A program made the translations under genes and the position numbers. A stretch of DNA of 26,551 bases. Origin: Bacteroidetes bacterium GWF2_29_10. Lineage in GTDB: Bacteria > Bacteroidota > Bacteroidia > Bacteroidales > GWE2-29-8. The notes beneath the pieces were generated by a model. That model was not told the origin of the DNA and made no database searches. It worked only from the letters and a program-made list of their open reading frames with translations. The stretch is from assembly GCA_001768555.1 (NCBI GenBank), contig MEOD01000027.1:1-26551 (forward strand), written 5' to 3'. Positions 8,636 to 17,836 of this stretch are shown here, piece by piece (the stretch's first letter is position 1; each line of letters begins with the position of its first letter).

Positions 8636-9451
8636 TTATTGTTTTATTATAAGTTTTTGTTTTAACGCAATTTTTTTTAAATTATTGATTGATTTTTGAC
8701 CAGTTTCTCCCATGTTAACAGTAAAGTCATTTACATACATATTGATATGGTTCTGTATTGTATCAATATCAAGTTCTTGTGCATGTTTTTTTACAAATTC
8801 AATAGAATACGAAGGGTTTGCAATAGCATATCTAACACTATCAGATAAAATTTGATTTATCTTTTGAATAACAGATTGATTAAAAGAAGATTTAATCACA
8901 AAACAACCAAGGGGTAGTGCTAAGCCTGTTTTGTCCTCCCAAAATTGCCCAAAGTCAAAAAAGCATTTTAAGTTTTTCTTTTGAAAGCTAAATCTTGTTT
9001 CGTGTATTATTACACCAGCATTAGCTTTATTAGAAAGTATGCTGTTTTCAATTTGATTAAAAAACATAAATTGTTTTTTATGAATTTCAGGAAACGCAAT
9101 ACTTAACAATAAGTGAGCAGTTGTGTTTTTTCCAGGTATTGCAATGGTACTGTTTGAAATATTGTTTATGTCGAACTCTTGTTTAGCTATTAATAAAGGC
9201 CCGTTAGCTTTTCCTATTGCGCTGCCAGAGTTTAACAATGAATAATTTGTAGTTTGCAAATATCCGTAAACACTCATTTTACTTACATCTATTTCAGATG
9301 CTAGCACCATGCAATTTAAAGTTTCGACGTCCTGCATTACAAATTCAAAATCAAAACAACACCAATCTATAACTTTACTAATAAGAGGGTAAAGTATATA
9401 TGTATCATTTGGACAAGTAGATAGTCCTATTTTAACTTTGATTTTTGACAC
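8636..9451 (-). CDS. mqnD: MqnA/MqnD-family protein, likely 1,4-dihydroxy-6-naphthoate synthase (futalosine menaquinone pathway)
   Basis: 271 aa. N-terminal GLSTCPNDTY motif characteristic of MqnD (the SPCPNDTF block). Periplasmic-binding-protein-like fold length. Confidence 0.55.
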   Translation of the reverse strand: MSKIKVKIGLSTCPNDTYILYPLISKVIDWCCFDFEFVMQDVETLNCMVLASEIDVSKMSVYGYLQTTNYSLLNSGSAIGKANGPLLIAKQEFDINNISNSTIAIPGKNTTAHLLLSIAFPEIHKKQFMFFNQIENSILSNKANAGVIIHETRFSFQKKNLKCFFDFGQFWEDKTGLALPLGCFVIKSSFNQSVIQKINQILSDSVRYAIANPSYSIEFVKKHAQELDIDTIQNHINMYVNDFTVNMGETGQKSINNLKKIALKQKLIIKQ

Positions 9452-9474
9452 TTATTGAAACTTTTTGTAAAGAA

Positions 9475-11007
9475 TTAAGACTTTAGATTATCCTTTTCTT
9501 CTTTTTTTTCAGTTTTGTTTTCCGCTTTTAAGTCTTTATCGTTTTCTCCTTTTAAATATGAAGGAAGATTTAATCCTGCCATATTGAATAAGTCATTTAA
9601 AGGAGGAACTGTTTTCATCATTCCAGATACAAAGTTTGCTGTAGTTGTGTTTCCATTATTTTCATTTCCCGAATCCCAAACAGTTATTTTATCTATTTTA
9701 ATATTTTTAACAGCTTCCACTTGAGTTTTTACTAACTCTGGTAGTTTTTCAATTAGTAATAACTGGAATGCCTTATTTGGATCTCCACCGGCAGCCTTGA
9801 CAACTTGCTCGTATCCGTTTGCTTGTTTTGTTAGTATTTCATAAAGCCCTTTAGCTTCAGCTTCCATTTTTGCAAATATTGCATCAGCTTGTCCTTTTGC
9901 ATTGATTTTAATTCTTTCAGCTTCCGCCTCAGCTTGTATTATAGCTTTTTGTTTGTCTATTTCTGCAGGTACAACAATGTTTGCTATTTGAGTAGAACGT
10001 TCTCTTTCGGAACGAGCTAATTCTGCTTTTTGCTCAGACAAATATGATTCTTCAAGAGCTTTTGCTGATTGTACTTTTTCTGCAGTTATAGCAATACGCA
10101 AGGCTTCGGCTTCTTTTTCACGTCTAAGCGCGTCAGAATTTGCAATATTTATTTTAGCTTCATTTTCTCCTCTAACAGCAATTGCATTTGCTTCAGATGT
10201 TTTAATACGGTTGTCTCTTTCTGCTTCAGCTTTACCTATTGCTTCATCTTTATATGCAGATGCAATACTAATTTCTTTATCTTTATTTGTTATAGCAATT
10301 TTAACATCTCTGTCTCTATGGGTTTCAGCTATTTGTACATCTTTTTCTCTGTCAGCAAGCGCTTTTCCTGTTTCTCCTATTTTTTCTTGTTCAGCAACAC
10401 TAATTTTAGCTTCATTTATTGCTTTGGCCGCAGCTTCTTTACCAAGAGCTTCAATATATCCAGATTCGTCTCTAATGTCAGTTACGTTAACATTTATAAG
10501 TTTTAGTCCTATTTTTTTTAATTCATTGTCAATATTATTTGAAATGTTTACTAAAAATTTATCTCTGTCAGAGTTTATTTCCTCTATAGTCATTGTTGCA
10601 ATAACTAAACGCAGCTGACCAAAAAGAATATCTTTAGCAAGTTCTTGTATTTGCTCATGTGTTAATCCAAGTAATCTTTCAGCCGCATTATTCATGCTAT
10701 CTGATTCAGTCGAAATGGCTATTGTAAAACGGCAAGGTACGTCAACTCTAATATTCTGACGACTAAGGGCGTTTGTAAGATTAGCTTCAATAGATAATGG
10801 TTTTAAATCAAGATATGCAAAATCTTGTATTACAGGCCAAATAAACACACCTCCACCATGAATACATTTTGCAGAAGTGCCTCCAGTTCTCCCATAAACA
10901 ACCAGAATTTTATCAGAAGGACATCTTTTAAAACGAGATATTAAAGCAGATATAGTTATAAAAATAACTATTATTAAAATTAGAACTAGAATAGCAGGAT
11001 TAATCAT
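9475..11007 (-). CDS. floT: Flotillin (SPFH/band-7 domain, FloT-like)
   Basis: 510 aa. N-terminal TM anchor, an SPFH domain, then a long Ala/Glu-rich coiled-coil flotillin domain (EA repeats). Its size and architecture match B. subtilis FloT/YuaG. Immediately downstream of an NfeD gene. Confidence 0.85.
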   Translation of the reverse strand: MINPAILVLILIIVIFITISALISRFKRCPSDKILVVYGRTGGTSAKCIHGGGVFIWPVIQDFAYLDLKPLSIEANLTNALSRQNIRVDVPCRFTIAISTESDSMNNAAERLLGLTHEQIQELAKDILFGQLRLVIATMTIEEINSDRDKFLVNISNNIDNELKKIGLKLINVNVTDIRDESGYIEALGKEAAAKAINEAKISVAEQEKIGETGKALADREKDVQIAETHRDRDVKIAITNKDKEISIASAYKDEAIGKAEAERDNRIKTSEANAIAVRGENEAKINIANSDALRREKEAEALRIAITAEKVQSAKALEESYLSEQKAELARSERERSTQIANIVVPAEIDKQKAIIQAEAEAERIKINAKGQADAIFAKMEAEAKGLYEILTKQANGYEQVVKAAGGDPNKAFQLLLIEKLPELVKTQVEAVKNIKIDKITVWDSGNENNGNTTTANFVSGMMKTVPPLNDLFNMAGLNLPSYLKGENDKDLKAENKTEKKEEKDNLKS

Positions 11008-11022
11008 AATTATTTTAAGTTT

Positions 11023-11589
11023 TTAAAGTTTGTTAACAAGTAATAAATTATCGTTTAATATTTTTACAACACGAACTAATGTACCGCTGTCTATCTTTTC
11101 ATTTTCAGTAATTGCATCTAACTCATGAAATGCACCATTAACAGTAATTTGTATTTTTCCTGTTCCAGTTTTTTTCTCTGGAATAGAAATATAAACTTGT
11201 GCTGTTTTGTTTATTGTTTTTTCTATTTTGAAGGTGTTATCTTCTGCTAATTTTTGTATTTGCTTAATAATATAGAAAAATATAACTATAAATATAATTC
11301 CACATATAATAGAAATTAATAAAAGAAGAGTTTTATTGCTAATGATATCATAAAAAGAAATACCAGCCCAAGAAAAACCTAACAAAAAATTAATTAAATT
11401 ACGAAAAGAAAATAATTGAACAGGAGATAATGAATCCATCAAATTTCCATCAAAATCAGCATTTAAGCCATCATTAGAATCCATTCCTGCAAATGTTATT
11501 ATTGACAATATTATAAAAATTGCACTAACGGATAATGCAATATACCAAAGTATTTTTAGTAAAGGTTCTGCATTTTGTATAAATTCCAT
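11023..11589 (-). CDS. NfeD-family membrane protein (YuaF-like flotillin partner)
   Basis: TM helices followed by a C-terminal OB-fold-like beta domain (GKIQITVNGAFHELDA...GTLVRVVKI). Positioned 15 bp upstream of flotillin, as in yuaF-floT. The ORF is open to 11667. I chose M27 (11589) as the start because the longer N-terminus would overlap the divergent gene at 11671. Confidence 0.65.
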   Translation of the reverse strand: MEFIQNAEPLLKILWYIALSVSAIFIILSIITFAGMDSNDGLNADFDGNLMDSLSPVQLFSFRNLINFLLGFSWAGISFYDIISNKTLLLLISIICGIIFIVIFFYIIKQIQKLAEDNTFKIEKTINKTAQVYISIPEKKTGTGKIQITVNGAFHELDAITENEKIDSGTLVRVVKILNDNLLLVNKL

Positions 11590-11670
11590 AATAAAATATA
11601 TTTGTTTACAAATATAGAATTTTAAATTTAATAAATAAAAAAAACTATTTTTACCTAAAAATTTCAAGAG

Positions 11671-12567
11671 ATGAAACTACGCAAGATAGTATTTGCAATA
11701 TTATTTTTATTTATAAATACGGCGATTTTAGGACAATCATTTGTTGATATTTTAAATTTAGATTACAGTTTTTATACTCCAGCTCATTATGAAAATAATA
11801 AAGATATAAAATTAAGCTCGGGAAAATACAAATCTGAAATATTATTACCTGTTAAAATTTCTGATAATACAATGCTCCTATTTAATAATGTTATTCAAAA
11901 AACGATGTTTCATTATGACGGGCTACATAATAATAGCCAGAGTGCACTAAGTTTAATGTATTTATTTGCAGGAATAAATAGTTCTTTAAATAAGAACAAA
12001 AAATGGAAATATTCTCTACTTGGAGGGGCTAATTTTTATTCAGATATGAAGGACATAAATAGTAAACATTTTCAATATTCTTTTTACAGTATTTTATCAA
12101 ATGAGCGTTCTAAAAAACTAACATTAAAATATGGAGTCTATTTTACAAAAGAACCTTTTAAATTATTTATAACGCCTTTAATTGGTTTATGCTGGCATAT
12201 TAATCAAAATCTAAATGTGTTTGGAGAGTTACCATTAAATATGAATATAGAATACAAAATAGCAAAAAGGAGTTACGCTAATCTAGAATACAAAAACACA
12301 AATGGAGCATATATGTTGTCAGGAAATGATAATAGGTATTTTGTGAGAGAAGGAGATAAGTTTTTTGGAAATAACCAATTAGTTATTAGTTATAATTATC
12401 ACGTGAAAGACAAGTACAACATAAAGATAGGAATAGGGCATACTTTTTATAGGTTTTTTGAAACATATAATAATAATCTGGAAAAAGATATTATTTCAAA
12501 TATTTATCAAAAAACAAGGGATACATTTTTAATAAATATTGGATTATCGTATAGAATTAGAATATAA
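11671..12567 (+). CDS. Secreted hypothetical protein, probably an outer-membrane beta-barrel
   Basis: 298 aa with a signal peptide (MKLRKIVFAILFLFINTAILGQS). Alternating hydrophobic/polar beta-strand patterning and an aromatic-rich C-terminal strand. No family recognised. Confidence 0.45.
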   Translation: MKLRKIVFAILFLFINTAILGQSFVDILNLDYSFYTPAHYENNKDIKLSSGKYKSEILLPVKISDNTMLLFNNVIQKTMFHYDGLHNNSQSALSLMYLFAGINSSLNKNKKWKYSLLGGANFYSDMKDINSKHFQYSFYSILSNERSKKLTLKYGVYFTKEPFKLFITPLIGLCWHINQNLNVFGELPLNMNIEYKIAKRSYANLEYKNTNGAYMLSGNDNRYFVREGDKFFGNNQLVISYNYHVKDKYNIKIGIGHTFYRFFETYNNNLEKDIISNIYQKTRDTFLINIGLSYRIRI

Positions 12568-12646
12568 AATATTTTTATTTATTTAGAATTTAAACAAGCA
12601 TCTTTAATATTTTCATTAATGTTTTTATAATTAAGAATATTTTGTG

Positions 12647-12654
12647 TACTTTTG
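12647..12654 (+). promoter_or_regulatory. Candidate Bacteroidota sigma-A -7 element (TAnnTTTG) upstream of the T9SS adhesin gene
   Basis: TACTTTTG at 12647-12654, about 24 bp upstream of the ATG at 12678. TTTG-containing sequence lies upstream. Confidence 0.3.
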
Positions 12655-12677
12655 TGTAATATTTATTCTAAAAACTA

Positions 12678-15515
12678 ATGAAGAAATATCTACAATTTTG
12701 TGTACTAAATGTAATAATTCTGGTGTTTTCTATAAATGTTAATGCTCAATTAATTTATGACTTTAATGCTGACACTAATGCATTAGTACAAAAATTAATG
12801 AGTAATGCTTGTGTTACGTTTAGTAATGCTAAATATAAAGGAGCAAAAGGAGCAAAAGCTATTATAGTAGGTGGCACAAATCCAATGGGAATAAATAGTG
12901 GAATAGTATTATCTACAGGGAATGCTACTGGAGCTGATGCAACTCCTCCATATCCTCAGACTTATAGTATAAACAATAATATGCCAGGAGACGCAGATCT
13001 TGATGTGTTAGCTAGTCCAAATGTTACTTATGATGCATTTGTCCTTGAATTTGATTTTGTACCTTTAGCGGACAGTATATTTTTTAAATATTTATTTGGT
13101 TCGGAGGAATATCATGATGGATTTGATGGTTCTACAGCTTTTGATCTTTTCGCATTCTTTATAAGTGGTCCTGGAATAACAGGATTAAAAAATGTAGCAG
13201 AAATACCAGGAACATCAATTGAGGTAGGGCGAGGAACCATTAACAGAACCGTAAATACTCAATATTTTCATGATAATAATATGCGAACACAAAATGCTTA
13301 TAGAGGTTGGACATCAGTATTTCGTTCGGGAATTAAATTACAGATAGGTCAAACATACCATGCAAAACTTGTTATTGCAGATGTGAGTGATTATTCGATT
13401 GATTCAGGAGTACTTATAGAAACAATAGAATGTCCTCCTCCAGCTCCCTTGCCACCAGTATTTACAGTAAGCACATCATCATCAAGTAATCCAAATACAC
13501 CACAAAATTCATTCTATGAAGGATGCGAAAATATTATAATAAAAGTTAAAGCAAACAAAAAGTTAACAGCAGCAACAACGGTATCAATAGCCTTGAGTGG
13601 CACTGCAACAAATGGAAGTGATTATTCGGCAAATGCAACTTCTGTAACTATTCCTATTGGGAGTGATTCTGCTATTTTTACATTAACAATACTAAATGAT
13701 AATTCAACAGAAGCAGATGAAACAATTAATGTTGATTTTAATCCTTCATCATTAAGTATTCCGCCGATAATAGGATTAATAATAAAGGATGTTACACCTA
13801 TTCAAATAGATTTAACTTCGGATTATACTATATGCCAAGGCAGTACTATAAATATAAGTCCTTCAATCAGTGGAGGGCGTCCAGATTATACATATGTATG
13901 GGAAAATGGGAAAACAACTGAAAGTATTTCAGAAAGTCCCAATATAGAAACAACTTATAAATTAACGGTTACAGATGCTTGTAACAATACTAATACAGCA
14001 CAAACTGTTGTAAATATAGAAATTGGGTCTGCTGAAGCTGGCGACGATCAAAGTATATGCTTTGGGAAATCAGCAACATTAACATCTAATCCTGCAAGCT
14101 CTTACATATGGAGCAATGGAGGCATAACACAATCAATAACAGTAAGTCCAAATCAAACAACAAAATATTATTTATCGGCTACTTCTAATTGTATGGCTGT
14201 TGATAGTGTTATTGTTACTGTTTATCCAATAATGCCAGTAAATATTATTACATCTAAAAATACAATATGTTTAGGAATTGAAGCAAACATGTCATCAAAT
14301 GCAACTGCAAATACATATTTTTGGTCGTCTATACCAAATGATACATCCTTAACTAACCAAAATACAAAAAGCTCGGTTATTGCAAAACCAACAATAAGTA
14401 CTATCTACAGTCTTATGATAACAGATTTTAATGGGTGTTCAAATACGACAAGCATAAAGATAAATATAGATAATGGTCCTAGTGCTTCATTTAGATTTTC
14501 GGCACCAAAAGGATGTGTTTCATCTCCAATAGACATAACTAGTAACACAACTGGTAATTACATATACTTATGGAATTTTGGCTATGGCAGGTTAATTTCG
14601 GGAAACAATGGAGCATCTAATAAGGTTGCATGGGATTCATTAGGGTTTATGAAAGTATCTTTGCAGATAAAGTCAGAGAATGGATGTCTTGGAGATATTA
14701 TTACAGATTCTATTGAAATATTTGATATTCCGATGGTCGATTTTTATGCTATTGATACAGCGGGTTGTCCTCCGTTAGTTGTTTTGTTTAATAATGATTC
14801 ATTAAACCAATATCCAGATGCAGAATATTATTGGGAATTTGGAGATAAAGGAACATCTTCGGACAAAACACCTGTGCATTTATATAAAAATTCAGGCAAA
14901 TTCTCAGTAAGTCTAAAAATAACAAATGCGGGTTGTAGTAATTCGGAAACAAAAAACAATATCATAAATGTTTACCCTGTTCCTAAATCAGAATTTGTTG
15001 TAAAGCCAGAAGAAACATCTATATTTTATCCAGATGTAGTTTTTTATGATGTTACAAAAAATGCGGACTCCACCACTTGGTATTTATTATGGAATGATTC
15101 TACTTTTGGGAACACCCAAAAATTTGAATATGAATTTCCAGATACTGGTGTACAACAATTTTATTTAATAGCAATAAATAGTTTTGGATGTATTGATTCT
15201 GGATTAGGAGAAGTCCTAATTAAAGAAGATTTTACTCTTTACCGTCCAAAATGTTTTACACCCAATGAAGATGGATTAAATGATGTATTTGACATAAAAG
15301 GAATTGGGATAATTGAATTTAAGCTCACAATATATAATAGATGGGGTGAAATTATATATTACTCTGAAGATCTTAATGAAAAATGGAATGGTAAATTAAA
15401 AAATACAGGAAAACTAGTTCAAACAGGTATTTATCCTTATAGAATAGAATTTAAAAATAGTTTGTTAAAACGTAGCACAATATTTGGTCATGTTATGGTT
15501 TTATATAAAAAGTAA
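12678..15515 (+). CDS. T9SS-secreted multidomain surface protein/adhesin (choice-of-anchor L-like N-domain, Calx-beta, 3 Ig-like repeats, 2 PKD, T9SS type-B C-terminal domain)
   Basis: 945 aa with a signal peptide. Calx-beta-like block (aa ~285-355, G..DY...L.F..GE....I.V). Three tandem ~70-aa Cys-containing repeats (aa 377-598). Two PKD signatures (WNFGYG..., YYWEFGDKGTSSDKTPVHLY). C-terminal CFTPNEDGLNDVF...YNRWGE motif of the gliding-motility/T9SS type-B sorting domain. Confidence 0.8.
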   Translation: MKKYLQFCVLNVIILVFSINVNAQLIYDFNADTNALVQKLMSNACVTFSNAKYKGAKGAKAIIVGGTNPMGINSGIVLSTGNATGADATPPYPQTYSINNNMPGDADLDVLASPNVTYDAFVLEFDFVPLADSIFFKYLFGSEEYHDGFDGSTAFDLFAFFISGPGITGLKNVAEIPGTSIEVGRGTINRTVNTQYFHDNNMRTQNAYRGWTSVFRSGIKLQIGQTYHAKLVIADVSDYSIDSGVLIETIECPPPAPLPPVFTVSTSSSSNPNTPQNSFYEGCENIIIKVKANKKLTAATTVSIALSGTATNGSDYSANATSVTIPIGSDSAIFTLTILNDNSTEADETINVDFNPSSLSIPPIIGLIIKDVTPIQIDLTSDYTICQGSTINISPSISGGRPDYTYVWENGKTTESISESPNIETTYKLTVTDACNNTNTAQTVVNIEIGSAEAGDDQSICFGKSATLTSNPASSYIWSNGGITQSITVSPNQTTKYYLSATSNCMAVDSVIVTVYPIMPVNIITSKNTICLGIEANMSSNATANTYFWSSIPNDTSLTNQNTKSSVIAKPTISTIYSLMITDFNGCSNTTSIKINIDNGPSASFRFSAPKGCVSSPIDITSNTTGNYIYLWNFGYGRLISGNNGASNKVAWDSLGFMKVSLQIKSENGCLGDIITDSIEIFDIPMVDFYAIDTAGCPPLVVLFNNDSLNQYPDAEYYWEFGDKGTSSDKTPVHLYKNSGKFSVSLKITNAGCSNSETKNNIINVYPVPKSEFVVKPEETSIFYPDVVFYDVTKNADSTTWYLLWNDSTFGNTQKFEYEFPDTGVQQFYLIAINSFGCIDSGLGEVLIKEDFTLYRPKCFTPNEDGLNDVFDIKGIGIIEFKLTIYNRWGEIIYYSEDLNEKWNGKLKNTGKLVQTGIYPYRIEFKNSLLKRSTIFGHVMVLYKK
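13806..14471 (+). repeat. Three tandem intragenic ~210-bp repeats encoding Ig-like/SprB-like modules inside the adhesin gene
   Basis: The repeat pattern C.G......S....Y.W.NG......V.P..TT.Y.L..TD..C...D.V.V.I recurs three times, at aa 377-448, 449-518 and 519-598. Confidence 0.6.
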
Positions 15516-15519
15516 AGTT

Positions 15520-15990
15520 ATGATAAAAATTAAATTTCACATAGGAATAATAATTTTGTTTATTACAACATTTTCTTTAGCACAAAAGGCTCCAACACCA
15601 GAATTGAACTTGCAAATTGTAAAAATTATAAAGAGTAATATTAATAAAACTATCGACAGAGGAGAATGTTGGGATTTGGCAAATTTAGTTCTCTCTGAAA
15701 CTAATGCAAAATGGGACCATCAATTTGGATTTGGAAGAGAAATAAAGTACTCCATAGATAGTATTTATGCTGGCGATATTATTCAGTTTACTAATGCAAA
15801 GATACAAATGGCAGATGGAGTTGTTTGGCGTTTTGGGCAACATACTGCTATAATTTATGAAATAGATAAAAATAAAAAAATAAAAATAGCACACCAAAAC
15901 GTGAATAATGTTCGCAAAGTTATAATAAGTGATTTTGAGCCAGAAGGATTAATTGAGGGCAAACTTAAAATTTATAGACCTATAAAATAA
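15520..15990 (+). CDS. Small secreted protein, possibly a papain-like (CHAP/NlpC-P60 superfamily) hydrolase
   Basis: 157 aa from the ATG at 15520. The upstream ATG at 15484 would overlap the adhesin stop. Signal peptide MIKIKFHIGIIILFITTFSLAQ. A conserved-looking Cys (GECWDL) and a downstream His in a hydrophobic strand (QHTAIIYEI), consistent with a Cys-His papain-like dyad. The assignment is weak. Confidence 0.4.
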   Translation: MIKIKFHIGIIILFITTFSLAQKAPTPELNLQIVKIIKSNINKTIDRGECWDLANLVLSETNAKWDHQFGFGREIKYSIDSIYAGDIIQFTNAKIQMADGVVWRFGQHTAIIYEIDKNKKIKIAHQNVNNVRKVIISDFEPEGLIEGKLKIYRPIK

Positions 15991-16113
15991 TTTATTAAGT
16001 AAACAACAATAAATGCCCTTTTCAAAATCAGAAACTGACCCAAATCATTTATAGAAAGAACTTGAAATGCTGTAATGACATAATATGAATTGTTTTAATA
16101 ATAATACTTGTTC

Positions 16114-17811
16114 TTAAAGTGTTATATCTTCATTTGCTTTTTTTTTTGCATCTAATATTTGCTTCCTATCAATAGTTCTAGGTATTTCTTTATTAAGAGC
16201 TATATTATAATTTTTAATTGCATTAATTTTGTCATTTTTTAATCTATAATACTCTCCAATAACATAATAAGTATAATAATAATTAGGATTTAAGTTTCGA
16301 TAATAATTTATCTCCTTATCAGATATATTCATTACATTATCGTTTGACATGTAATACTTAAGCATTTTTGTTTTTATTTTATATTCTTTATATTTTTTAA
16401 ATTCTGGTGATTTCAAAAAAGCATCTTCCTTTATCGTTAAGGATGAATCGTATAAATCATCTAAAACATTTACATGTTTGCCAAATATATCATTAAGATT
16501 GTATGATATGTAAGCACCTAATTGATATGGATTTGATGATACCCAAATTTGCAATTTTTCTGGTTTAAAAATTACAGAGTGATGTGCAATAAGTTGGTTT
16601 ATTGATTTTTCATTTCCCATACCAATATCTTTATTATTTTTTCCTTTTTGATCTCTTAATATTAAGGCAAATGACTCTACATTGTGTTTTTTGCATTTAT
16701 TTAACAATTCTGCTGTTCTTTCCCAACGATATAAAGAAGCGCCTTCTTTTAAACTTTGAATGTTTATCTCTGTGTTTTTTAATTTTTCACCCTGATAATG
16801 ATTAGTTAGTATTAATTGATTAGAACCTGTTTCAAATAATCCTATATTATCTGTTGATTTTTCTATAACAACCGTTTTTTTATCTACAGAAGAACTAATT
16901 AAAAAAGATTCAGAAACAAAAATTTGCATTTTATTAGCTATAGCATAAGCTTCATCTATATTCGAAGCATATTGCAGTATCATTCTTGCTAGAATTGAAA
17001 CAGGCGTTCCTGTAGAAGTTGGGATTTTTGATTTTGCAGCATTTAAAGTCACGACAAGTCCTTTATCATTCATTCCAGATATAACTCCAATCATGCCTCC
17101 CCATGTAATGGTACAAAATTTATGTCCACTATCAGGCTCATAAAACGCTATTATTTTATTTTCCGCGAAGTCATCACCTGAAGAGAAATCCATATTTTTG
17201 CCAATTAATATTGTACTGTCTTCAGATTTATCTCCACTAACTTCAAAAGCCGTACACCCCACTAAATTCATATTTTGCAAAGTATGCCCAATATCATGAG
17301 CAGCATGATAATTAAGCATTCTATGATAAGCAGGACCTATGTAATTAAATTTATCAGAGGCATGTAATGAAACACCATATATTTCTTTTTGAAATTCCAG
17401 AGGTATATGTTCATCTATATTTCTATTAAACCACAATATAAAATACTTTAAAACATTTAAATACATTTTGGAAGGAACCATTTCGTTTATATTCTCTAAA
17501 AATATAGCTTCTTGTTGTTCTATTAATTCTGAGGATAGTATTCCATTTTTCACACCTAATTCGAAAGCACTACCTTTAAGGTACATTTCCCATAAACCAT
17601 ATTTATTTTTTTTCAGCCAACTATCTTTACATATGTATACATTGGGGGAAATCTCTTTTCTATAAATATTTTTAGTTATTTTATAATCAACTAAAGGAGG
17701 GTGAACTTTTATAGATAATACAAATACAGAAACAATAATACCTAAGATTACCAATATTATAATCAGTAGTTTAAATAATTTGCTTTTGTAAATAGGCTTA
17801 TTGTTTTTCAT
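16114..17811 (-). CDS. Membrane-anchored C45-family peptidase / Ntn-hydrolase acyltransferase-like protein with a C-terminal TPR-like region
   Basis: 565 aa. N-terminal TM helix. A Gly-Cys autoprocessing-like site (LVG|CTAFEV; Cys186 at nt 17254-17256), as in acyl-CoA:6-APA acyltransferase/C45. C-terminal Tyr/Asn-rich helical repeats (YYTYYVIGEYYRLKNDKINAIKNYNIAL) resembling TPR. It is the last gene of the leftward operon. Confidence 0.55.
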   Translation of the reverse strand: MKNNKPIYKSKLFKLLIIILVILGIIVSVFVLSIKVHPPLVDYKITKNIYRKEISPNVYICKDSWLKKNKYGLWEMYLKGSAFELGVKNGILSSELIEQQEAIFLENINEMVPSKMYLNVLKYFILWFNRNIDEHIPLEFQKEIYGVSLHASDKFNYIGPAYHRMLNYHAAHDIGHTLQNMNLVGCTAFEVSGDKSEDSTILIGKNMDFSSGDDFAENKIIAFYEPDSGHKFCTITWGGMIGVISGMNDKGLVVTLNAAKSKIPTSTGTPVSILARMILQYASNIDEAYAIANKMQIFVSESFLISSSVDKKTVVIEKSTDNIGLFETGSNQLILTNHYQGEKLKNTEINIQSLKEGASLYRWERTAELLNKCKKHNVESFALILRDQKGKNNKDIGMGNEKSINQLIAHHSVIFKPEKLQIWVSSNPYQLGAYISYNLNDIFGKHVNVLDDLYDSSLTIKEDAFLKSPEFKKYKEYKIKTKMLKYYMSNDNVMNISDKEINYYRNLNPNYYYTYYVIGEYYRLKNDKINAIKNYNIALNKEIPRTIDRKQILDAKKKANEDITL

Positions 17812-17836
17812 TTTTTTTATTTTGCTATATTTAACC

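Noticed and set aside
10069-10618. Two plus-strand ORFs (145 and 135 aa) inside the flotillin gene
   Set aside because: They lie antisense to a well-supported flotillin CDS. Their translations are low-complexity Ser/Phe/Cys-rich mirror images of the Ala/Glu-rich coiled coil. They are shadow ORFs.
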